DNA of 64,000 nt from positions 13,392,001 to 13,456,000 of the forward strand of contig OY740813.1 in NCBI GenBank assembly GCA_963514005.1, in the 5' to 3' direction. This document shows, piece by piece, positions 13,010 through 26,700 of the stretch. The notes below the pieces were generated by a model. It searched no databases and was not told the origin of the DNA. It saw only the letters and a list, made by a program, of their open reading frames with translations. Within the stretch, counting starts at the first letter, position 1. Each line of letters starts with the position of its first letter. Position numbers and translations under genes: made by a program. The stretch comes from Raja brachyura. Taxonomy: Eukaryota.

Positions 13010-13245
13010 TGAGAACAATCGGGGGGACGGCGGGGGGGGTGTCGAGAATGAAGGGTGACCCGATGGGGGGGGGAGGGTGTGGGTTGGCGGATACCTGCTG
13101 TCACATGCGGCGGCAGACAGTAGATAAGAATGTTCAGTGACTTTGTAACTTTCTTGGCGCTTGCCATATGATTTTACCGGGTTGTATGAAAACAAGGCAT
13201 TTCACTGTACCTAGGTACATGTGACAAGAAAATATCATTGAATAA
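13010..13245 (+). repeat. Unclassified interspersed repeat with a LINE-like 3' tail
   Basis: Matches 50985-51240 in reverse orientation (gcggcagacagtagat..., tttcactgtacc...gtgacaa). Confidence 0.55.
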
Positions 13246-13873
13246 TGTATCATGGAAACTATAATCAGAAGCCTAACCCATGGTCCCCCTCCCCCACCAC
13301 CAAGTTTAACGTTCCCGCACCTCAAGAGAAAAAAACGTAAGCATTACCGTCCGTCAACCTCGTGAGTACACGAACTAAAGTGACAGTGAGTAGAATGAAT
13401 GCAAGGGAGCACGTGCAGTGCACCAGATAACCCCATCTGCTGATGCTCCATGTATCTCTGGCAGCTGAGATAGGGCACTTTTTGGAAAAGCCATTCATAG
13501 AATTGAGGTAGTGGGTATATCCTTCACTATCCCTTTACTGCGAATATTTGTGGAACGTGCAACAAACAGAGAGAGAGTCGAATTCCAGTGCCTGCGTCTT
13601 CTCAGCTTGTCTGGTTATTGGAAGCAGGGCAGTGCTGGGACAGGGAGGAGCAGATAGTCCTGCTGCCCAACATTCCTCAGAGAACCACATAAACAACTAA
13701 GGGCACTTTGTCAAAACGATATATGTTGAAACTGTTGTCTCCTTGTGGATTAGTTTGTCTTCCCCATTGAATCTTAATCTCCAGTCAAGTGTAAAAACTG
13801 GCGAGTGTTTTCATTCTATTTTTCTGCCTCGTGTCTCCCAAGATGATTTATTGTTGTTGCACACCTGGGTCAG

Positions 13874-14182
13874 CACTTCACTTCCATACAACAGGGAACC
13901 AGGCCCGTCGACCCACCGGTTCCGCGCTGCCCAGCGATCCCCGCATATTACCACTATCCTACACACACTACGGACAGTTTCTTTTACATTTACCAAGAAA
14001 ATTTGCCTACATACCTGTGTGACTTTGGAGTGTGGGAGGAAACCGAAGATCGCGGAGAAAACCCACGAGGTCACGGGGAGAACGTGCAAATTCCGTAGAC
14101 AGCACCCCCTGGTCGGGGTTGAAGCCAAATCTCCGGCGCTGCGAGCGCTGTAAGGCAGCAACTCCACCGCTGTGCCTCCGCA
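13874..14182 (-). mobile_element. tRNA-derived SINE (HE1/V-SINE-like), full length
   Basis: Head with A/B-box-like motifs (gcacagcggtgg...ggcttcaacc), core gttctccccgtgacctcgtgggttttctcc, and a LINE-derived 3' tail. Confidence 0.8.
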
Positions 14183-17100
14183 CTTTATCTGCCCTCTCTT
14201 GAAGCTTAGCGGGGAGTTTATCCTAGGTATCGTGGCCAATATTTCTCTTTCACCCAACAACATTAGAAGCAGAGCATCATGTTCCTCTTTGATGGATTTT
14301 GCTGTGCCTTTCGATCAAGTCAGCAGCTGCAACACTTCAGGTGTTCGTCAGTGAGTGTAGAGCATCGGGGCTGTCTTGCAATTGAGAAGAGCTCAGCAGC
14401 AAACATTGAGGTGGTGAACATTCAGGGACCGTTTAATGGAGCTAATCAAAGCCAAGCCCTATCCCATTCACACCTAACATTCTTTCAAAAAAAATGACAC
14501 ATGCCTGATCCCAAACCTTCAATTAGATCATTTGCTCACCATCACTGTTTAACCATTTGTACGAGCAGCTTCCCTTACTCACCAGCTAATCCAGGAATGA
14601 CCAAGCACTGCTCCGGGTGATTAGTCCATGGTATGTCTGATCTGTTGGTGGGGCCGGGGAACCCTCACTTCCCATTCTCCATGCTCCAATCCCCTCTCTG
14701 GCCTTTCAAACTCGGATGTTAATTCCACTATTGGCAAGAGACGTCCAAACAGAGGGGGAAACAACTGTATTGATTTTACTGGATGACATTTTTTAACTCA
14801 CATGGCCACATGTTTGTGCCTTATTTTCTAGATAGTTAATTGTCATGAAACCAGCTGGCAGGGGGACGCACATAGCGCCTGCAATAGAAAAGGCCCGACA
14901 ATGACAGAACAATCTCAACCCAGTTTGATTCTGAAGTGTACACAGCTCATAGAGACTGCATCCCCTCAGCAAGTCCGTGAAGAGTCACAGACCTCCAACC
15001 ATTGCTGAATCGCAATTATCTCTGGTCGGTGCCACAGCCATAATTACACTATTAATGCCCGACTTGAAACTTTGCAATATTCCCTGCTCAGGCTGTGTGA
15101 CTAGCAGCATTCATTAGCCTCAACAATTGTGGCCTTGCACAATGCTTGGTCTATGAAAACTGATTTCAGCAACACATTTGCTCAATAATGTATTGTTATT
15201 TTTCTCAATGCAGGCCAGACAAATAGGTTAAAGGTTTCAAATGAATGCAGGGACAAAGAGAGAGAAAAAAAAACAAGCTCACTGCAGTTTTTATCCACTC
15301 TTTCACTCCACCAGGGGTTGCAGGCCAGTGTTAGTGAAATACGCTGGGTCACTCTGGAACAGGCACGAATATGAGAAAGAAAGGAACATTTTCACAATGT
15401 AGCCAGTTTGTCAATAAACGCTGCAGTGTTACGGGAGAACAGATCCCTCTTTTATTCCGGCCATAAATGTGCATAATCATAACGTCAAATGCCTCCACAC
15501 TCCTGATCAATCACATTGGAGATGATTCAACCATTACATTTCAGCTATTCATTCACCCTTAAAATTCCCTCAGTGAAGAGGGCCATTTGGCCCATTGAGT
15601 TCATGCCACCTCCTTGTCAAACAATCCCTTCAACCCCATTTCCCCAGTCTTTTCCCAGAGCCCTGCTAATTATTTCCCTTCAAGTGCCTTTCCAATCTCA
15701 TAAAACTTTGATTAATTCTGTTTCCACCATCTTTGTTGGTTGGAACTTCCAGGTCTCTGTGTAAAATGTTCTTCCTTAAATCTTCCCATGTAAGTTCTGA
15801 CTGGGTGCGCCATGGCTGGTGCCAATGCAGAAAAATGCAAGAGACTGCAGAGGCTGGTAGAGTCACCCAGTCCATCATGGGCACAGCACTCCCCACCATC
15901 AAAAGGATCTGCCACGAGATGCTGCACCTGGACAGCGACATCTACCCTCAATGATCCCCTCCATCCGAACATTGCCCTCTTCTGATTGTTACCATCAGGC
16001 AGGAGGTGCAAAAGTCTGAAGTCCCACACCTCCAGGTTCAACAACAGCTACGTTCCTACAACTCCCAGGTTCAGCAAAATCCACCTCAGCAATGGAGCAC
16101 TAATGGGAGCAGTTTCCATCCACTTTAACTCAACCAAATCAGGCATAACGTTGTGCACATGCTCATTCTTCATTAGTGGGCAAAAATACTGACCTGGCCC
16201 ATGTGTCTCACAGAAGTGCCAAACATAATGTGCCAATAACAGGTGGCCAAGATACATAGTTTTAAGGAGGTTCTTACATTAAATTTGGAAAATACAAAGA
16301 TGGAGGAGATTACAGAGAGGATTGCAAGGCTGTGCACCCTTCAATCATGTGTCCTCAGACAGAGCGGCTAAAGTTCATGAGACTAGAATTACAAGAGCAT
16401 TTTAGTGCTGGTGGGCTGAAATAGGTAACTGAGATGGTGAGGTTGGCAAGCAAAACAATAACCTGAAGAAAGGTCATCCAAGATTTAGTGCATGATGTAC
16501 ATCTGAAAGTAAACAGCAATGTGTGTATGCACCTCTGTCTCTAAGGGAATGTATCTATGGGTGTGTGAATGACGGATAAACTGATCTTGCCCCACCCTGA
16601 CTTCACATTTCTCCACCTCCTCGCCCCGCCTAGATTTCAGCACAGTTACTGCTCTGTAGATTAAAGCAGCACTTCTTTGGAAGCATTATTCATTTTAAAA
16701 ATGATTACAGCAATCTTTATATACTGTAAGGAGAAAGCAATATTTCCGGATGGTATACCGATGCAACCATCAATCATTGTGCTGAGCTAATTCGTTTGTT
16801 TGAACCCTTTATTTCTGTACAAAATGTACTTGTTTTCTTTCTATCTCATGTGGAAACAATTATAGGCAAGCAGAGTGCAGTTGTCACTAATCAGAGCAGA
16901 GATGATTAACGCAAATACCCGATGATCAGATGGGTCAATGTTGATCCTGATATTCAAAGCCTTCTTGACCAGTGCGAGTCCCATTAATTCTCTTTTAAAA
17001 CAGATTTGTACATGAGAGTGCCCTTGGCAAATCTTTTCCCCACCTTGCCTAAAGTAGTGTGAAATTTTACAGGTTCAATCTCTCTTCTAGCACTTTAGGG

Positions 17101-18583
17101 CTCTTTGCACGATGCAAGCTCTAACTGATTAGCAATATCACTAAGCCAGGGTGGCCAGATGTAAAAAATGGACATACGTCACTGTGGCAGAGACAGACTG
17201 CTCTTCAAGGCTTGTCTCAGGTCATGATATGGGTGCAGGGAAAGTGCTCTACACCCAATGATAATGGAACTAACCAGCTGAGATCACTGGATGGTATAGT
17301 TTTACATCTATGATCTCAGTATTCTTTATGCTGTCGGGAAAATAATGTGTATTTATCACCAGCCTTCATGACCTTGGATACCCTGAAGAACTTTACGCTT
17401 CAGAGTTCTTGTAATTTAAGGAACCATAGGAACCAATTTACGTACAGCAAAGACTTCCAATAAGCAATAGTCAGATAATACGAGTTATGAATGTTGGTTG
17501 AGGAATAAACAAAAATTGCTCCTGTGAAATGGTAATGGACCTATCCCATCCTCAACATACGTAGAGGGAGCAGCCCTGTGAGAAGCCTTTCAGTGATTCA
17601 TATCTTGTCTGGTGACTAAAGTAAGATGGAGATGGGACCTGCAGCATAGATATGGTTCAATGTTGACATGCAACATTTCAGATCATAACCTTATTGTTCC
17701 ATCCAGGAGCAGCTGAGTGATTTGGCTGCATCCATATCCATGTTCCTTACATTTTTTACCTTGCATCCGGATAAACTCTTGGTTTCCACATTGTCTCACA
17801 CCATGCCTCTTGTTTTACCTTCCTAACGTCTTACGTTACATCTTCAAGGCTTGTTTTCTTGAAAGGATATCGGCCTGATATGATTGATTCCAGCATTCTT
17901 TTCCTTTCAGATTCCCAGCATTTACAGTATCTTAATTTTCCTATTTGTAATCTGTCACAATAAAAATCCTCCTGCAAGCAAGATTTTCATTGCACGAGGC
18001 AATAAATTAGATTTAACCTGAGTTCCAACCAGACTTGACCTGAATTCCAATTCAACAACATTCCACATGATGGCCACAGCTCACAAACTCAAGATAGTAT
18101 ATTTCCTTTATAATTCCTTTCTTTTGGCAGTTATTCTGCACCAGTGGGAAAAGGAGATCATCCGAATCATCTTTAGGTTTCTAAATAATGCTAAATGTTA
18201 AACAACAGTTCCCAGATATAATCCAAAATTATGAGCAAACATATCCCCTCACTACCATATTCAAATATTTCAGAAATTATTTGGGATTTTCTGCCTCTGC
18301 TATCTATCCCTGACGTGTTCATCGCAGCTCAGTTAATGATGCTTCTTAATTCGGATGCAGAAGATCATGGGTTTAAATACCATTCAAGAAGTTTGTTCTA
18401 ATGGTATATGTATGGGCTGACTGTTTTGAATTCTAATACCATGGAAGTAATCCACTGTTGGAATGACCATCTTTGTGGATGAGACATTGAACAGTGGATC
18501 CAGAGTTCCTTGGAGCTGGATGTAGAAACCCTCTTGGCAGAATTTCCAAGACATCCAATGAACACATATCCATAATCCTTCAT

Positions 18584-18826
18584 TACACAGAGAGTGGTGA
18601 GTCTCTGGAATTCTCTGCCACAGAAGGTAGTTGAGGCCAGTTCATTGGCTATATTTAAGAGGGCGTTAGATGTGGCACTTGTGGCTAAAGGGATCAGGGG
18701 GTATGGAGAGAAGGCAGGTACGGGATACTGAGTTGGATGATCAGCCATGATCACATTGAATGGCGGTGCAGGCTCGAAGGGCCGAATGGCCTACTCCTGC
18801 ACCTATTTTCTATGTTTCTATGTTTC
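18584..18826 (+). mobile_element. CR1-type LINE 3' fragment
   Basis: TQRVVSLWNSLPQKVVEASSL, 3' UTR hairpin and (tttctatg)n tail. Other CR1 pieces at about 640-1320 (-), 2345-2500 (+), 6745-7410 (+), 31170-31370 (-), 43870-44230 (-), 49122-49425 (-), 49800-50175 (+), 54810-55086 (+), 57410-57975 (+), 59285-59500 (+), 61560-61775 (-) and 63580-63720 (-). Confidence 0.85.
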
Positions 18827-21439
18827 ATCACCAAGCATAGATAAATAGGCCCCATCATTCTTTAAGGGAGTTTTCTGTGCACAAACTGGACCCTCCATTT
18901 CGTACAGTGCAGAAGTGCATTCGATGACACTAAAACATTTTAGGATGCTATTTTGGTTGTGAAGGAGGCACTAGAAATATATTAATTGCTTTCATTTCCT
19001 GGTCTGCAGTCTCTATATTTGCCTTTTACAAGGCTGAACTGGGGAGGGGTCAGTTCTGGCCATTCAGTGCCAGGTGGTAGAAGCAATACTTCCACTGAGC
19101 TGCTTTGAGTTTCCTCTTTCAGTAGCTATATGAAACCGCATGCCTGGTTGTTAGCAAAGGGCAGGGGTGGGCTGTGGCCCTCCCCCATGGCTCACGTTAT
19201 GCCAATACCTATTACGCTGGTGACGCATGATGAACAGCAGTGTTGGGCAGAACTCCACTCCCATTCAAGGCTGCAAAAGGTTAATGATCTGTATGTTCAA
19301 AGTGCAAGGCAGCCTTCACTGGCTAATGTACAGAGCAGACGAGCACACTGTAATCCCTCCTCTTGATATTACAAAAGGAGAAATTGTTCCTGCTGTTCTA
19401 GCAATGTGACTTTTGTTGAAGGCTGCTGAGCCTGTTTCCAGGTATTGTGGCTTACTGTTGGACGTTTTATTTTTAATCCAAGTGTCCTTGAGTCTTTTTG
19501 TTTTAAAGCCACACCCACAATAAAACAAGTTGCAGAGGATTACATTTCAGGATGTTCCAAGACCACAGAGAACGTAGCTAGATTTTCCACTTGTGAGAAT
19601 CAGTGCATCTTAAAAAGTAATTAAATATTGTTAAATGGACCTTACGCCAGAGGCTGATTTCATTCATGTGATAATAAGGCATCTGCAAAGCAGAAGAGGC
19701 TCAGATTAATAAAGGGCAATGGTGCAATGTTACACGTAGGCTCAGCATTTATTAACTAAGTGCTATCTGTCCTGAACTGAGGAGGCAGATAACCTGCTAT
19801 TATGGGGGTCGACTTGGAGACGCATATTGACCGGACAATGGCAGGATGCAAAGGCAGGTTTCCTTCCCCGAAGGACATTAGGCATCTGATTATCTGGAAA
19901 TGGGAGAAGCAAGTGCAAGCGTGATGCCTTCGGACGTCAAATAACCACTTTGGATGAGCAGTGCATCATATCGATTGGTGGCAGCAAGAAAAGGCATGTG
20001 TGGAGTTTGCACATCCTCCCTGCGACTGCAAGGGTTTCTGATGTGCCCTCCAGTTTCCTCCCAAAGACATGCAGGTTTGCAGGGTAACTGGCCTCTATAA
20101 ATTGGATGTGAAAATGGGACCACATAGAACTAGTGTGAACGAGTGATCGATCTTCAGTTTGGACTTGGCAATGGGCCTTTCGACACACCATGTGGCATAT
20201 CACAATGTGATCGAATCAATACCTCGGAAACTCAAAGGGCAATTTCAACTTGGATCGCAGTTAAAAAGGCAGAGGTCACAAATTCACCTTGGTACAATTA
20301 ACGTAAATCAGCCTAACTTTTCATCTTTGATAGAGCAAATTACCGATATCTCCTTGTGTCAATTAACTATTCAGACTATTTTCACTCTTCTAAATTCAGG
20401 ACAAAAAAAGGCATTGTATCTATTTAGACTGATCTCAAGCCATTCCTTAAAACATGATCTACAATTTAGCTACACAAAGTTTGGGAAATCCTCTCCTGCT
20501 GCAGAATAAACTGCAATAATTGCACGCCTGAAATAAATTGTTCTGCAAACTGTAGTAAGTGGGTAGCTGGAAAATCACATGTAATATTTGATTCAGTTCG
20601 TGATACAAGAAATTGCAGATGCTGGAATCTCGAGGGAAAACACAAAGTGCTGGAGGAACGCGGTGGTTCAGCCAGCATCTGTGGACGGAGAAGATGGTCG
20701 ATGTTTCCAGTCGGGACTTTTCTACAGACTTTATTCCCTTCACAGATGCTGCCTGGCTCGCTGAGTTCCTGCAGCACTTTGTTATTTAGCATTTGAAATA
20801 GTTACACCAATTGCCTAGTTCCATTTATGAGTTCATTTTTTGTACAAAAATGTAACTCTTGAAGTGCCCGGTTTTCTCCCGAATAGGTCAAAAGTCAAGA
20901 GGGAAAAATCATGGAATAACATCCCATTAATCCGAGACTGGTGCTGATAATACCACTCCCCCCTCACCCTCTACTTCCCCAGGCGCGATTGCTCACTGGG
21001 TTACAGTAAGGAGAGTTAAACACATGATTAAGTGGCATTACAACACCTCATGACACCAGCGGGATTCCACTACACAAACAAACACATTGCAGAAATTACT
21101 CAGAACTTCACAGTAACTGCGGGGATGGCTCATAATGCGCCAACTAACCGGTGAAAAGATTTTTCCTGCAATCACAGAATCCTTCCAGACCGCGGATCCT
21201 GGTTAAAAAACAACAAATACGGCAGTCCGACCCCCTCCAAACTTTTTCCTCTTGATTGTCTGTCCTATTCATTTATGATCGCACTGACTGATTTCGTTCC
21301 TTTGATGCAATTCCAGATCGAGATTATTCTAATATATTTGCAGCCCAATTTCTGGTTTACATCTGTGGCCGCAGTTGAACCATCCACTAACGGAACCGCT
21401 CCCTTCATCACAGGGAGCAATGACTCCATCCAAGCTTAC

Positions 21440-21622
21440 CTCGGTTAGGGGGAGATCGGGGTCCAACTGCGTGAATCTGTTGAGGACCACGGAGCTCGGG
21501 TCTCCAGTCACCTCCAGTCTCACCGCATCCCAGAGGTTCTTCATGCGTCTCGAACTGTCAAACATCTTTTGCCCGACCTCTGCGCAGTCATTTTGCAACT
21601 CCGGCCACGTTAGGTAAACCAT
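21440..21622 (-). CDS. RALGDS: RALGDS coding exon 1 (61 codons, phase 0)
   Basis: Translation MVYLTWPELQ...MKNLWDAVRLEVTGDPSSVVLNRFTQLDPDLPLTE resembles the RalGDS N-terminus as I recall it (WDAVRLEV...VVLHSFTQLDPDLP.PE). It ends at a canonical donor GAG|gtaagc (21434-21439); 183 nt. Confidence 0.93.
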
Positions 21623-22020
21623 GAGAAAGGCTTAGCGTTGTGTTTTGGTGCCCGGCCCCCAACTTAAAACGACAAGAAACAAGCCATGTCTCGGTCCGTG
21701 AAGCCCAAGGGCGAATGTAAACACCAGTGCTGGGGTCCTTTTAAAGAAAGACCTTGCTTCAACTCTCAGCGGAGCCGCGGCTGCTGAGCCATAAATGGGA
21801 TGTGGCAGCGAGTGGTTGCAATTCATACCCGCCCTCTGTGGCAGCCAGCCAGCCAGCCCACTGATGTCACCATTGTTCAACGGAGCCTCCTGCAGCCTCA
21901 CAACAGCGGACTAGACTTCCCTGGGCACCGGATTGAGTCAAATATTCAATACACAGTTCACATTTCTAGTTGAACTAAAGTTAATTGCATTGTTTTAAAA
22001 AGCGCCGCGTTCAAATTAAT
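21623..22020 (-). promoter_or_regulatory. Putative RALGDS 5' UTR / proximal promoter
   Basis: Repeat-free, relatively CpG-rich sequence directly upstream of exon 1. Contains (AGCC)n at 21843-21858, an AP-1 consensus TGAGTCA at 21934-21940 and a CRE-like TGATGTCA at 21862-21869. TSS cannot be determined. Confidence 0.45.
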
Positions 22021-22043
22021 TCAGATCATCAGTTATTAACCGT

Positions 22044-22229
22044 GTTTGAGAAGGAACTGCAGATGCTGGAAAATCGAAGGTAGGCAAAAATGCTGGAGGA
22101 ACTCAAGGGGTGCAGCAGCATCTATGGAGCGAAGGAAATAGGCAACGTCTCGTCCCGAAACATTGCCTATTTCCTTCGCTCCATAGATGCTGCTGCACCC
22201 GCTGAGTTCCTCCAGCATTTTTGTGTACC
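22044..22229. mobile_element. Penelope-type foldback element with 19-bp TSD
   Basis: About 65-bp inverted arms; direct repeat atcatcagttattaaccgt at 22025-22043 and 22230-22248. Confidence 0.8.
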
Positions 22230-23359
22230 ATCATCAGTTATTAACCGTTTGTTTCTCAGACTACACTCCAATCCAGCGTAGACTGTTCTCCGCCACATGT
22301 TTTTCTGGCCCTTGTTTTCAAGCTACAGCTAGCTCTATGTTGATACTCCCAAAGAAAACTTCCCCTGTGGAGACCTCGGTCTCACTTTCAAAGGGCACTA
22401 CTTGGGAGAAGAGTTTTTTTTTAGTTAGATTGTAAATTTGTGGCTCAATTATACACCTGGCCCGTGGAATCACAGCCGAGTGGCCCTTGTGCAAAACAAA
22501 ATAATCAAAAAGCAGGACCGAATTATCTGATGCTAAAAATCGACAAGCACGGAGATCGATGATCTTCTGAGTAATCAACAGTTAGATTGACAGACCATTG
22601 AGGCTTGGTGGAAAACAAAACACTGCAGCCCAAGGTCCTACCGCCTCTGGACACTGAAGGGGCTGGGCCCCGTTGAAGAACTCTGCAAATATTTGAATGC
22701 ATTGTCCAGAGGCCTCTGCTTTGTAAATTGTATGTACTGTTTTGATGGTGAAATAATTGCATACATTTGCTGACGATGAATGTAAAAAAAGAGATCCACA
22801 TCCAGACAAGAGACAAGAGAGTTTATTGTCATGTGTCCCTGACAGGACAATGAAATTCTTGCTTTGCTTCAGCACAACAGAACACAGTAGGCATTGACTA
22901 CAAAACAGATCAGTGTGTCCATATACCATTATATAGGTAAATACACACATGAATAAATAAACTGAATAAATACATAAATTAAACATATTTCAATATATAT
23001 GTTCTTATGAATAAATGTTATTCTTCGAATGAAAGTGAGCTTGGCTGTGGGCCAGTTTCTATGCTGCAAGACACTGTGATCATGAAACCATCCTATTTTC
23101 ACCCCCAACACATATTGGGTCCAGGAAGCTTCCAACCACAGTCGCTGCTCTAGGAGGAACTCAAGAGCAGTCACTATGCTGCCTCGTGTGGTCAGCTCCG
23201 GCACAACATTGCCTTCAACTTTTTAATAAAAATACAAATGTTAATGCTGGAAATCTGAAATTAAAAACGGAAACTGCTCGGTAAAGTCAAAAGGCAGACA
23301 GCATCTGTGGAAACAGAACAATCTAGTTAATCAGAACTGAGAAAGACAAACAATTCAGA

Positions 23360-25350
23360 TGATCCCAACTTGTACAAGAAATCTAGGTAGGACATTGGCA
23401 AAGCCATCAGGGACGTTAAGAAACAATACCAGACCAAGCTATGGCCCCGGACTAACCACACAGACAGTCATCCATTCTGGCAAGGCACACATGCGATAAG
23501 AGTCTACAAAGCGAAGTTGGGCCGAATCACTGGCAAAATGCATCCCCCCTCGACAAGCTCAATTTTAACAGGTCAGTGAAATGAAGTCACCTGCCCCAAC
23601 AGCATCGGGTGCACTTGTACCCATGGACACTGTACCGTCACAGATATTAGATTGGCCTCCCTGAAAGTGAACCCATAGAAAATCAAATGGAGCTCTCAGA
23701 ACCTGCATGGACCAGCTGACTGGCTATTTGCAAATATCTTGAACCTCTCCGAACTTGTGTCTGAGGGTCCCACCTAGGGTTGCCAACTGTCCCGTATTAG
23801 CTGGGACATCCTGTATATTGGGCTAAATTGGTTTGTCCCATACGGGACTGCCCTTGTCCCGTATTTGACTGCTACTACTCGGGTCGAAGGGACTGTCGGA
23901 TCAGAGAGCCGGGTCCAGCCCTGCCTCACCTGTCCCGATGTAGTGCAGCCCATGGAGTGCAGCAGCAGAGCCTCGCCCGTGGCCCCATCGGTCGGCAGCT
24001 TCGGACCTTCACTTACCGTCAACACCATCATCCTTCTCCCTCCTTCTCATGGCCGATCATTGGTTCATAAGTTGGATGTGACGAATAAACTCGACTTTGA
24101 CATTTGGATGGAGTGCTGGACTTGGCGCTCGATGTCGCGCAAAACTCCTCAGCTGGCCCGCCGGCTGGGCTTTGTGTGCTGTTCAGCACCGGGGCTTACT
24201 CATCATTCACCCAGCCACGGCCGAGTCGGTCAACAAATTGTCGTCGGGAATTAGTCCCCTATTTTGACCTTTTGTCCCTTATTTGGGAGTGAGAAAGTTG
24301 GCAACCCTAGTCCCACCTGGTTTAAGAAGATCTCTATCGTCCCAGTGCCAAAGTAAAACAAGAATCTATGCGATAATGACTACCCTCCGGTGGCTCTGAC
24401 ATCCACCATCACTAAGTGCTTTGAGAGGCCAGTCATGGTGTACACAAACTCCAGCCTCCAGACAGCCTTGATCGATTGGAATTTGCCTAATACTGCAACA
24501 GGTCTAAGGCAGATGCCATCTCCCTGGCCTTACACCCATCCCCAAAACATCTGGATAACAAGGACACCTACATCAGATTCAATCAAACCCATCTCCAAAT
24601 TCCTGGACCTAGGTCTCAGCACCACCTCTGGATCCTTGTGTTCCTGACCCATAGGTACCGCAATCAATAAGGAAACGCAACACAACACCCTCTATGATAA
24701 TGTACAGCATTGGTGCCCACAAGGCCTTATTCTCAACCCCATAACTAGATTTACAAATTTGCAGATGACACCACTGTAGTGTGTCAGATCAGAAATAATG
24801 ACGAGACAGTGCACACGAAGAAGATAGAGAGCTTAGTCGCGTGGTGTCAAGATAACAACCTTTTCCTCAATGTTAACAAAGCAAAGAGGCTGGTCTTTGA
24901 CATTTAAGAGTGGGGTAGACTGCATGCCGCAGATGGTGCTGAAATAGAGATGGTCGAGAGTTTCCTTCTTTTGTGTAAATATTACCAATAATGCAAACTG
25001 GTCTAACCATATTAATACTATATCCAAGGAAGAATACCATTGCCTGGACTTACTCAGAAGGAAATTTGGCATGTTTCGATGGATTTACCAGTTTCTACAG
25101 ATGCCCCATAAATATAACCATACAGGTGCACCATAAATAGATGTGCTCTATCTGTATGCATCACAGCTTGGTGTAGCAACTGCTGTGCTCAAACTGCAAG
25201 ATATTGCAGAGATGTGAAGGCATCCCTGACAAGTCTCTCCCCCCACACTGCAACATGAAAGCAGCCCGACATAATCAAGAACAACTCACAACCTGGTCAT
25301 TCTCTCATCTCCCCTCGGGAAGAAGATACAAATACTTGAAACCACATCTC
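23360..25350 (+). mobile_element. Old Rex1/Babar-type LINE fragment interrupted by a hAT element
   Basis: Degenerate RT motifs NDY.PVALTS...KCFER and KFADD (24755-24769); C-terminal LPSGRRY. Confidence 0.8.
23775..24309. mobile_element. Non-autonomous hAT element (TAGGGTTGCCAAC ends, Blackjack/Tip100-like) inserted in a Rex1-type LINE
   Basis: TIRs tagggttgccaact / agttggcaacccta; perfect 8-bp TSD gtcccacc (23767-23774, 24310-24317); subterminal tgtccc/gggac repeats. Confidence 0.9.
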
Positions 25351-26571
25351 GACAAGAACAGTGAATTGGGATCAGAGTATTCCTCTTGCTCTGCATTCTG
25401 ACAAGCAAGGAGCATGATTGGCAGTTAAAGCAAAACACTTATGTTCCATGCAACTGTAAGATGGCAACATTACCATGGAGTCAGAACAGTCTCATTTTAC
25501 TTAGCCCTAGCTGAAAGTCACACGATCAGAACTCCTGGCATGTTTCCAACTCAGAACTGGCAGCTCTGCTGTGCTGTTGTTTTCAGCTTTATTCACTAAG
25601 TGGTCTACCCTCTGATGGGAGCCTGGCAGTGAGTGTCCTTAATTAGATTTACTCATCAGTCCAGCAGGTTTTAATGATTAACATTGTTTTCTGTCGCAGT
25701 TGGCAGCAGGACTACACTGCAGGAAAGGGACTGCAGCAGTGTGGAATGCAAGCTCCTGCCAAACGATGACCTCTGCCTCATCGGGGATACCTTGCACTGG
25801 GGCTGCTTTCAAAGGAAGGTCGGTCACTAGTCACAGAAAAATTTCGGATAATTGACAAAAATTGTTTTTTTCTGGGCGGTACATTATAATCTCGCATGCA
25901 CAAAAGGAGAGAGTGCTGGACGCAACTCAATGGCAACTTGCAATTAAGAATCCATTATGAACTTGAATGGGAACTGGAATTAATTATTTCCATGAGTAGG
26001 CACAGGCAAGATAGACAAATGTGATGCTACTTCTGCAGGAAGAATGTGAAGGACAACATTTGATCAGTATCACAATCTGACTCAGCCATGCCAGGACTAA
26101 TATTTTTTTTTGAAGCACTTTATTCAAGTGGTCATTCTTCACTGGTGACAACATAGCATTAATAGGCGATAATACTCGCGTGCAAATGTGGACCTGTCAT
26201 CACCTGATGTTGACACATGCACAGTGCACAATAATTAGTACAGTGAAATAACCCTTCAGAGATCGGGAATGCTGAGGCTTCCTCGCTGCCAGCTAAACTG
26301 AGACCAACTAACGGCATCAATGGGGATCAAAACACAAAATAACTACAGTAACTCAGTGGGTCAAGCAGCATCTACGGAGGGAATGGATGAGCGATATCTT
26401 GGGTCCCGACCCTTTTATTGAGGCTTTCAGCATCTGCTGAATCTTTCTCAGCACCATCTGGGAGATGTTGCTTGGTTCACTATGTAGTGTGGCTCACCAT
26501 GTTTCAACATGCCTCACCAAGGGTCACTGTAATTCTGAACTGGTCATTTTTACCAAGGTTTAGTATGAATT

Positions 26572-26700
26572 GTTAAAGAAGGAACTGCAGATGCTGGAGA
26601 ATCAGACTGAAGAAGGGTCTCGACCTGAAACGTCGCCTATCTCCTTCGCTCCTTCGATGCTGCTGCACCCGCTGAGTTTCTCCAGCTTTTTGTGTAACCC
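26572..26700. mobile_element. Penelope-type foldback element, young subfamily, 13-bp TSD
   Basis: TSD tttagtatgaatt (26559-26571, 26701-26713); contains ctgaagaagggtctcgacctgaaacgtc. Confidence 0.8.

Noticed and set aside
14100-14182. tRNA-like sequence
   Set aside because: It is the head of a SINE, continuous with SINE core and tail; no intact cloverleaf.
21329-21439. C-terminal part of the 97-aa ORF (VSLDGVIAP...)
   Set aside because: Intronic read-through beyond the GAG|gtaagc donor; RalGDS similarity stops at the donor.
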